Positions 54,572-64,000 of a stretch of DNA of 64,000 nucleotides are shown here, piece after piece. The stretch lies in the NCBI RefSeq assembly GCF_006345805.1, contig NC_043002.1:117490001-117554000 (forward strand). Reading direction: 5' to 3'. The position numbers and the translations under genes were made by a program. The DNA comes from Octopus sinensis. Lineage: Eukaryota. Position 1 is the first letter of the stretch; the number at the start of each line of letters is the position of its first letter. The notes under the pieces are model-generated. The model saw only the letters and a list, made by a program, of their open reading frames with translations, did not search any database and was not told the DNA's origin.

Positions 54572-54783
54572 TCAGGAGTGGCTGTGTGGTAAGTAGCTTG
54601 CTAACCAACCACATGGTTCGGGTTCAGTCCACTGCGTGGCATCTTGGGCAAGTGTCTTCTGCTAAGCCCGGGCCGACCAATGCCTTGTGAGTGGATTTGG
54701 TAGACGGAAACTGAAAGAAGCCTGTCGTATATATATATATATATATATAATATATATATATATATTATATATATATATATATG

Positions 54784-54814
<31 letters not shown>

Positions 54815-55030
54815 TTGTGTGTCTGTGTTTGTCCCCCTAGCATTGCTTAACAACCGATGCTGGTGTGTTTACGTCCCCGTCACTTAGCGGTTCGGCAAAA
54901 GAGACCGATAGAATAAGTACTGGGCTTACAAAAAGAATAAGTCCCGGGGTCGAGTTGCTCGATTAAAGGTGGTGCTCCAGCATGGCCGCAGTCAAATGAC
55001 TGAAACAAGTAAAAGAGTAAAAGAGTAAGA
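54572..55030 (+). mobile_element. Family-B SINE, full length
   Basis: AGGAGTGGCTGTGTGGTAAG A box, GGTTCAGTCC B box, CTTGGGCAAGTG core, internal (TA)n(TG)n, tail (GTAAAAGA)n. Confidence 0.92.
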
Positions 55031-55037
55031 GAGTGTA

Positions 55038-55077
<40 letters not shown>

Positions 55078-55884
55078 TGTGCGTGTGTGTGTGTGTGAGA
55101 GAGAGAGAGCATATGTGCATATGTAAGCGTGCAAAGAATTTGCGACGTCTTCAGGCATACTTCAGAGAGAGATACTTATAAATTACCTCTCGTAATCGTA
55201 AAAAATTACGCAACACGGGTATCTCTGCAAAAAGCAACATTCATATCAAAAAAGTTCACCCGTCCAACAGCTGCAGAAAGCTTCCTGTTTTAGTCCTGTG
55301 TTTGTCTTTGCTAAGAAAGAATTGAACTGATAACATAAAAGACAATAAACGCTAAAAGATAACAGTCAACTTTTATATATATATATAGATATATATATAT
55401 ATATATATATATCACACACACACGCACACAAACACACACACACATATGTATATACCTTCTTTGTAGTTCAACTTATTGTCACAAATGTTTATCTTGCATA
55501 TAGTTTAGCCGACAGTTGAAATGCTTTTAGACAAAGATGCCAATTGGCAGTTATATAAACTTTAATTGGAATTCTTCAGCCAGTGATGAAATTAGAATGT
55601 TAATTTTCAAAGCTTGCATTGTAACAGTTCAGAGACTTAGACAATATCAGAAACAGTAGCGGAAGAGAAAAACGCTGACCATCTTTCTCTCGTATAATTT
55701 GCATTTGCATTTTGCATTTCCCATGAAGACAGCTAATATTATGAAGGCAAACTTTCTCAGCCGATAGCATTTTATGTTGAAAAAGATTCGTTTTTAATTA
55801 ACAGTTTTCCAGAAAACCAAAAATGCTATTAGGGGAGACGCGTAAAACGCATACATTTCCATGTTAATGAGGCTCTAGTTAGAT

Positions 55885-56100
55885 GTAAGCGAGCTTGCAG
55901 AATTGTTAGCCTGTGGAACAAAATACTTAGTGACATTTTTTTCTGTCTATTTACACTCAAGGTTCAAATACTTCTCAGATCAACGTTTCCTTTTATCCTT
56001 TCGGTGTCGATAAAATAAGAACCAGTCAAATATTAGGGTTGATTTAGTTGGCTAATTCCCTCCTCTTAAAACTGCTGACCTTGTGCCAATATTTGAAACA
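55885..56100 (+). mobile_element. Family-A SINE, old copy
   Basis: GCGAGCTTGCAGAATTGTTAGC...TTTATCCTTTCGGTGTCGATAAAATAAG. Confidence 0.75.
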
Positions 56101-56866
56101 CCATTTGACTTAATGAATCTTCTGACTTTGCTACGGCTGGGAGACCTATGGTGGAAGGGGATTGACCATTGTGGAGCGGACAGCATGTTTTACACTACTC
56201 GTGATGGAAGCAGCAGACATTGACGAAGAGGATGAGATGTGCGTGCGCGTGTGCGTGTGCAGTGTGCAGTGTGCGTGTGCGTGTGCGTGCGCGCGTGTAG
56301 CGGTTTCGCCTGTCTGAGTATGTGAACTGTATTATATAATATGAGACTCACGTGTGCATTGTACAAAAACAGCGACTGTTCGGTGTGAAAATGCTTTTCT
56401 CATCTTGAAAAGGAAATTTAGGCTTTTGGCCATAGTTTCGATCAGTTTTGTAATAGATGTGATGTGCGTTCGCTATGAAATGATATCAGAAATACTTTAA
56501 GGCAGTACAATAAGGTTTGAAAGATTCTGCTGTTATTTCTAGCAGGTCAAGTGAACTCCTAGAGACACCTTCGTAGGCTCACAAACAATAAGTCGAGAGA
56601 ATTGATATACTTGGGAATCTAATCAATACCAGCTGCCATAGAAAGAAAGGCAAAAGAGAAACCTCAAAAGTAGGATAACTTAAGTAGGATAACTTAAGTC
56701 TTTTTCTCTATCTTCGATGTTCTCAAGTGAGCAGGAAGTTACGCATGTATGTCGCATAAAAGCTGCAATAATGGGGGACATTACGCATAGAAAATGTTTG
56801 AAGGTAACCAATATGACGGTCGTTTTGAAACTTTCTCCAGCATTTTTAAGTGAAGGAGAGTATTTG

Positions 56867-56966
56867 NNNNNNNNNNNNNNNNNNNNNNNNNNNNNNNNNN
56901 NNNNNNNNNNNNNNNNNNNNNNNNNNNNNNNNNNNNNNNNNNNNNNNNNNNNNNNNNNNNNNNNNN
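56867..56966. other. Assembly gap (100 N)
   Basis: Run of N. Confidence 1.
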
Positions 56967-57952
56967 CTCTCAACGATTAGTCGGAGATGGTTTTTAAAAT
57001 GAGAATATCTAAATTAAACTCGACTGCTCTCACAAACGAGAATGCTAAAAATGAACCCGACCACTCTCAAAAATTAAGTTAAAAAACCGAAAAAATAATC
57101 CAGAATCCTTGTCTGGTACCTGATCGAAGCCAATGGTAGTTACGGAATGTAAAGGTGGGTGGGTGAGCCATGTTTGAAATGCGGTGTGTGTGTGTGTGTC
57201 GTCTGCAGTGGGAACAGGGACAGTTTTCTCTATAAATGCCTTTTTTACTCTATCCACTGATATAGTGTCTTTACGACCATTAAGGTCTATAGTGAATAAT
57301 TTATCTGTGCGTGAAAGAAAACGGAAAGGACCTGCATACAGTGCTGTTAACGGAGAGTTAACAACATTGTTGCGCACTAAAACTTGAGTCCAAAAAGTAA
57401 AGCTTCCTTCAAGGCAGAGCTAGAAATGCAAGGCAGAGCTAGAAATGCAATTGTCAAGTAGGTAAGAGGTTTTAAAGAGGAGCGATATATTCAGAATTGG
57501 GAAAAATAAAAATTGTCAAGGATAAATTAAATTTATTATTGTTACTGGATATGTTATTTAATTTCTGAACAGTTTTGGCTGCTGTTTGTTTCATAATCCA
57601 TCAGTTTCTACTAAGATTGAGACGCGAGTAAAATTGATAATAGAGAAACGAAAATAAAACTTTGGAAACAGCAACGAAACCATGTTCAAGGGAGATAATC
57701 AGAGAAAGACTTGAAAGTCCGTAAGATCGTAATACTCCCTGTAAAGTAAATATAACAAATAACTCAGAATCCTTGTCCGGTACCAGATCGATCCCAAAAT
57801 TAATCAGTTCATGCTAGTCACGAGGCCAAACATCTCCGAAAGTTTCATCCGAATCCAATCGGCGGTTCTTGAGATAACTTGTCCACGGACAACAAAGAAA
57901 CAAAACACAACTGAAAGCAATAGCTCCGCCTTCACTAAGGCAGAGGTAATAA
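56967..57952 (-). mobile_element. Helentron/DINE-1-like element with Gypsy integrase C-terminal fragment (~57200-57395)
   Basis: Terminal hairpin CTCCGCCTTCACTAAGGCAGAG; VRNNVVNSPLTALYAGPFRFLSRTDKLFTIDLNGRKDTISVDRVKKAF. Confidence 0.72.
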
Positions 57953-57989
57953 GCTTCAAATAATATTAACATCATCTGTGGCATTTTCC

Positions 57990-59430
57990 AAGTTAACTCA
58001 ATTTCACCTCAAATTTTTTGCATATCTCTAATACCCCTGACAAGTAAACTTAGAGCAGGGTATGGATATAAAACTGACAATAAGAAAATAAGCCATCTAT
58101 TTTATATGAATGGCATAAAACTATATAGCAAAGACAATAATGAGCTTGAAGGCCTATTGCGTATTATGAAAGCATTCAGTAACGACACCTTCCGGAAAGG
58201 GAAGTTGAAGGCCACAAATTCAGTTATTAATAGAACTTGAGCTAGAACAAACTTAGAAATATCTAGGAATAAAGGAAGGCTCTGGCATGCAAGCACGAAA
58301 GAGAAGTTCAGGAGGAATGTTACAGGAGAGTTTGAGCAGTCCTGAAATCTGAGCTAAATGCATGTAACAAAGTATTAGTCATAAATTCTTTAGCAGTTCA
58401 ATTTATTACTTATAGCTACAATGTATTGAACTGGAATATCCATGAAAGAAAATTGACAGAAAAATACTCAAACTGATGGGTTGTAATAAGATGCACCACC
58501 GAAAGCAGACGTGTATCGTCTTTACCTTCCCAGACCCCAATGAGGTCGAGATGTGATCCAATTTGAAATCTCTTACATAACAACCACAATTGGACTGGCC
58601 AAATATCTTGAAATAACTAACGATTGAATACTGAAGTTCGTTGAAAATCACGAGAGGTGTAAGAAGCTTCATTTTGTCATAAAGGGGAGTTAGAAATTTG
58701 CTACAGATCTCATGTGTGATATCCATGCGGAACAACCTAAGAAAAACGCGGCGTGGTAACTGTTGTTGCAAAGAATGAAAGACAAAGAAAAATGCGCACG
58801 AGTAATTAGCCGATTGATTAGTGGGAGGAGAAATCTCTGCATGACAAATATCAAACAATTGTGTCCTGTATCATACAAGCGGATGTTACCAGAAGCAAAA
58901 CCACCAGTGGCTTCGGAGCTCAGGGCTAAAGCTAGGGGGCAAAGATTTCATCTTAGCTGCTCACTACCCGGCGAATGTGATGAAAAGTGGAGTAGATCCA
59001 AAATGCCGATTTTGCAAAGACGTGACTGAAATAGTGGGCCACCTAATCTCTGGGTGTAAAGTTTTATCACCTACAGAGTATAAATCAGGACATGACAGAG
59101 TTGGCTAATATCTACACTGGTTGATATGTCGGTATTATGAAATCAAAACTGCCGACAAGTGGTAAAATCACCACCCTGAAGCTGTGACTGAGGGAGAAAA
59201 TGTAACGATTCTGTGGGACTTTCCAGGACATACAGACCGAACCATCAAAGCTAATAAACTGGATATTGTGTGAAAGACAAAACAGTAAAGTTTGTTTACT
59301 GAGCGACATGAATATTCCTTGTGATCATATCTCAGCAAAAGAATTTGACTAGCTCAGATGTGGCCTCTCAAGGCGGTTACAACACCAGTGATTGTAGGAG
59401 CACTAGGAATGATTAGAAAAGGAACTGCTG
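57990..59430 (+). mobile_element. R4/Dong-type RLE LINE, decayed
   Basis: GYGYKTDNKKISHLFYMNGIKLY (YMDD-like), MHHRKQ, RHDRVG*YLHWLIC, VTILWDF..TDRTIKANKLDIV, TTPVIVGALG. Confidence 0.85.
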
Positions 59431-59494
59431 TGAGAACGATTACTACCCATGTATTTTGATTTCCTAATTTTAATTTTTTTTATTTATTATCAAT

Positions 59495-59565
59495 AGGCGC
59501 AGGAGTGGCTGCGTGGTAGGTAGCTTGCTTACCAACCACATGGTTCCGGGTTCAGTCCCACTGCG
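59495..59565 (+). mobile_element. Family-B SINE head only
   Basis: AGGCGCAGGAGTGGCTGCGTGG...GGTTCAGTCCCACTGCG. Confidence 0.8.
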
Positions 59566-60107
59566 GGGGTGGCGGGGGCGGCGGTGGTGGTGGTGTTGGT
59601 GCTGGTGCTGGTGCTGTTGGTAATGGTGATGATGATGATGATGATGATAACGACGACGACGAAGATGCTAGATACACACACGGATGCCCGCATTTACCTT
59701 CACACACGCATAAATCTCAGTGCACAAAATTCCAAGTCCTAAAGCTACTGCTGGTGTACATGTATATGTGTGCATGTATACACACTACAGTTATAATTAA
59801 CTACTTGCTTGAGACTTACGTTTCATGTCATAATAAATCTTTATACGATTAAACTCCAACGCAGCCGTATCCGGCAATCCGCATCCAGCAATCCAAAGCC
59901 CAAAGGAGTAGGGCTCCCGTCAGGGGCCTGAAAAACTTTAAGTGGCATGGAACCGAATCAAACTGTTTTAAACAATATATATATATATATTATTTCATTG
60001 TTGTATACGTTTCAGCCTTAAGGCTGTGGCAATGCTGTCCATACACACACACACAGCAAACATATACATAACTCTATATAGATTAAGAGCCTTGATAGTT
60101 ATCAATA

Positions 60108-60180
<73 letters not shown>

Positions 60181-60181
<1 letters not shown>

Positions 60182-61777
60182 GATCAATAAATGGTGGGGT
60201 TGTGTTGACCGCACGTGGAAAAATGATAAGCAAGGAAAAATTTTTTTTTAAAAATGCAGAATGCTCAAATGAAAGAAAATTTTAATAAAATGAGAAATTG
60301 ATAAAATATATAAATATATATTTATTCAACCGGTTTTCGTCATTGTATGACTTGTCAAGAATATTTATGTTTAAAAAGTTTTTTAAAAATTAGAAAGGGG
60401 AAAAAGAGAAAATTGCATTGTTTTTTGCAAAAGAATAATAATAAGAATGTACAAAAATAAAAAATAAGTACTCCGATACATTGTGAGTTCGTTGTGTATC
60501 TTGAGTTTAATGATTGTTCACGAAAAAATTACCTTGAGGTATTAGGATCCAATGGATTAAGAGCATGTGTTGTTTGGTTTAATTCAGGAAGTAGTAGTAA
60601 TTGTGGTTCTTCAGTTCCTGTGTTGTGAGTAAGGGAGACAACTCTTTGAGTTCTTCAATAAAGGCTGTTGGTAAACCCAATTATAAAATTATCATTTTAG
60701 CTTCATTTGCGTTATCTTTTTTATATAATTGTTTGTTAACTTAACTTTCAGATTTTAACACTTTATATTTATATTATTTTCTAATTATATAAATCTGCAT
60801 AGACAATTGCATTTCAGATTGTCATATCATTTATAATAAAAATGATAGTAATAACAACAATAGTAAAAATGATATTTAAAGAATACAAGTTTTAGCTTGA
60901 AGTGATGAATGCATGGTATCTTTATATATTTGTGTTAGTCCATCCATGAAGAGTGAGGTAGAAAAAGGAAGTTTGATCAACGAGGAGTTTGCATATTAAG
61001 TTGTGTTTGGAATTTTTCAATAAAGAGATTTCCTTGTTAATTCTCTCCTGTGTGGTGATCCGTCTTTACATTGGTAGAAGGGGAATATATAGAATTTGGG
61101 GTTTAAGTCTTTAGCACATGAGTCTAAGTGGTCACTCAGTGGAATTGTCGGTATTCCGGAAGATTTATTTGTTCTTTATGCACCGTTACTCGTTTACGTA
61201 ACGGGAGACTCGTTTGTCCAACATAATTATGTTGGCAACCAGCGCATGTGAGAACGTAGATAAGGTTCTCGGAGGAACAGGAGAAGTTAGTCTTGATTTT
61301 AAACTCGTACCTTGTTGAAGGTAAATTCAGAGCCTTCAAGTAGAAAGGGGCAGGTACCACAGTTTGAGCGTGCAATTTTTTTACTGTTGGGGGTGGATGT
61401 AGTGTGTGAAGTTTGGCATTTGTCAAGAGTTTTTTTAAAGATTTGTGTTGCCTTTTACATTTGAGGATTTTGTGTGTATTTATAATGTTTCATTTTTGGG
61501 TCTGTTGACAGTAGACTGAGGTTTGTATGATTGTGGTGTATGCTTCGATATTTTTGGGGTTGTGGGTGGAAATGTATGGAAGTATTTTGAGGTTGTGTGT
61601 GGTGTTAGGTTGGGTGGTTTTCAGTGTAGTGTTATCTAGTTCTTTGGCGCGTTTTATTCCATACTCCATAAGGGTGGAGAGATATTGATGTTGTAATAGT
61701 GTTTTTTTGAGGTCTTGAAGGCGTATTTCTCGTGTTTTTGGATCCGAGACAATGGTGCATACCCTTTTAGCTAAATT
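60181..61777 (-). mobile_element. Inverted 3' arm of a PLE (RT C-terminus, GIY-YIG, 3'UTR)
   Basis: CSSENLIYVLTCAGCQHNYVGQT..LRKRVTVH; 61557-61777 is the reverse complement of 63781-64000; ends in (TA)n. Confidence 0.9.
60323..60363 (-). ncRNA. Decayed hammerhead motif
   Basis: TATTC-TTGACAA-GTCAT-aca-ATGAC-GAAA-ACCGG-TT-GAATA; stems intact, core mutated from CTGACGA. Confidence 0.6.
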
Positions 61778-61994
61778 GGGTTCGTTGGGTGGGTATTATA
61801 TGTATCGGTGTGGGTAGGATGCCTTGTTTGTTATTAGTGTGAGGGAGGGGAGCATTGAGGGGGGGGATAATTCCTAGTGTATGGGAGGTTCTTGAAGGTT
61901 CTTGTCGGTGGGGGAGGGGTGTTAGAGTGACTGGAAAACCAGGTTTTGTGGTGGGTCTTGTTGAGATGTTTAGGGGGTGGGGGGGGAAAGTTTT

Positions 61995-62712
61995 TTATAT
62001 GGTTGGGGGAGGTTGTGCCCTGTTAGGAGGGGGTTTGGAGAGTATGTGTATTGAGGTGCGGTTTGGAATGGGTTTATGGGGTACAGTGGAAGTCTGTGTT
62101 GTGGGTACTTTTATGAATGGGTTTTGGGATTTATGGTTTAATATGAATTGTGTTTCATAGTTGAGGAAGAAATCTTTGTTGTTTTCCCAGCATTTAAGGG
62201 AGGTTCGTTCTTCCTTTTCACATTCATCTTTCCATAGTTTAATAACAAGTTCGAGGGGCTGTTCGTTGGTGTGTGAGGTTAGTTCTAGAAGTATCTCATC
62301 GTCTATTTTTGTGTATTTTTGTTCGTGGTTTTCTGCTCTGAGTTTTAGAAGTTCCACTTCAGTTTTCATTTTTTCCAATGTTAGTTTTTCTCTTAGGGAG
62401 CGTTGTTTTTCAGGTTCGTCTGGGATATGTTTGATTTGGAATTTTCGGGGTAGTATGATAGGGGAGGAGTTTAACCATTTGTCGTAAATTTCAGCTTTGT
62501 TTTGGTTTTTGAGCATGTTCCAGAAGAGAAGTTTTCTGTTGTGTAGTTTCTTAGTCCAAGTAGTGATGATCTGGTTTTTAATGCGTTGTACTGGGGTTGA
62601 AATGTGTTCCTTCTGTGTGTTGAGTGGTGTCTGAGGTCTCTTTGGCGTTGAATTGGTAAGTAGAGTTTTCAGTGTAGTGTTGATTTCATTTAGGTTTACA
62701 TCAATCTTATCC
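61995..62712 (-). CDS. Uncharacterised charged, probably helical ORF fragment inside the PLE, 5'-truncated
   Basis: ~240 open codons of non-repetitive sequence (WTKKLHNRKLLFWNMLKN...LPRKF...LWKDECEKEE); A/C-rich sense strand like the PLE ORFs. Confidence 0.6.
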
Positions 62713-64000
62713 GAAAGTAAAGGGAGTGCTGTGGTCCTTATGGACACGGAAGTTTATAAACACCTAGTGTTTTCCATGCTTAACAATAACATTTTCTATG
62801 AGGTTATTAACAAATACAAACAGCAAAAAACAATCAGAAACCTCACCACACTCATACGCCAACACGGTCAGGGACTCACAGAAAAAGAAAGGGATTATAT
62901 CACCATTTTCAAATGCAAGCCCAGCCTCTTTTATGGCCTTCCTAAAATCCATAAAAACAAATACATCACCGAAGCCTGCAAACTCTCCACTGACATCCAC
63001 ATCAACATCAAAGCACCGGAGGACCTAAAACTAAGGCCCATCGTGGCTGGTACCTCCTGTGAAACACACCGCCTGAGTAACTTCCTAGACATCCTTTTGA
63101 AACCTTTCCTTACCCACATCAAAGTTTCATTAGGGATGATCTGGACATGCTCAAACACCTCCCGAAAACAATTAACGAGGAGGCACTCCTGGTATCCTTT
63201 GATGTCATCAACCTCTACACCAACATCCCACATGAGTATGGTATAGAGGCAATTGACTTCTGGCTAGAAAAACACCCAGAGACATTCCCTGACCGCATCA
63301 ACAGTCTTTTATTACAGAATCTCTCAAGTTCATTCTGACAAAAAATTTTCTCTTCGACGACACACACTACCGTCAAAAATGTGGTATTGCGATGGGTACC
63401 AAGGCTGCATCAGTCCTTGCGAACCTCATAATGGGTTACTTCGAACTGTCACTCTATGAAATATCAAGCCAGAAATTTGGACATGTTTTCCACACCTACC
63501 TAATGGAAAACTGGAAAAGGTATTTAGATGATTGTTTCATCATATGGAAAGAACCTTATGAAAAAACTCTGGAATTCAAAACCATACTAAACAACATACA
63601 TCCCAACATCCAATTCACTATGGAATTAAGCAAACATCATCTCCCATTCCTTGATCTCCTAATTATAAAAACACCTAAGAACCAAATCATAACAGACATC
63701 TACCACAAACCTACAGACTCACAACAATACCTCCTCTTTAGTTCATGCCACCCAAAACACACCAAGACAAATATCCCTTTCAATTTAGCTAAAAGGGTAT
63801 GCACCATTGTCTCGGATCCAAAAACACGAGAAATACGCCTTCAAGACCTCAAAAAAACACTATTACAACGTCAATATCCCTCCACCCTTATAGAGTATGG
63901 AATAAAACGCGCCAAAGAACTAGATAACACTACACTGAAAACCACCCAACCTAACACCACACACAACCTCAAAATACTTCCATACACTTCCACCCACAAC
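62708..64000 (+). pseudogene. PLE reverse transcriptase, frameshifted, runs off the window
   Basis: SKGSAVVLMD, FYGLPKIHK, LRPIVAG, SFDVINLYTNIP, GIAMGTK, RYLDDCF, FLDL, YHKPTD. Confidence 0.93.

Noticed and set aside
56680-56980. ORFs containing X runs
   Set aside because: They span the assembly gap

Overview
AT-rich, microsatellite-saturated eukaryotic DNA with no confidently identifiable host gene and one 100-N gap (56867-56966). The SINE families and repeat landscape suggest a coleoid cephalopod such as Octopus (inference). Most ORFs in the supplied track are translations of simple repeats. Real content: (1) a full-length Tx1-clade LINE plus a 5'-truncated relative, both joined to (GATA)n; (2) several Penelope-like elements (PLEs) and short PLE-type fold-back inserts in (TA)n, together carrying about ten type-I hammerhead ribozyme (HHR) motifs from at least five sequence families; (3) two R4/Dong-type RLE LINE remnants; (4) CR1-like LINEs, one interrupted by a mariner; (5) Helentron/DINE-like elements carrying a Gypsy pol fragment; (6) MITEs and many tRNA-derived SINEs. 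Best leads: apparent (GATA)n target specificity of the Tx1 family, back-to-back HHR palindromes in TA repeats, two PLE-type termini with covarying structured-RNA motifs instead of a canonical HHR, and an extra coiled-coil ORF inside a PLE. All family assignments are from motif recognition by eye; coordinates of decayed elements are approximate.
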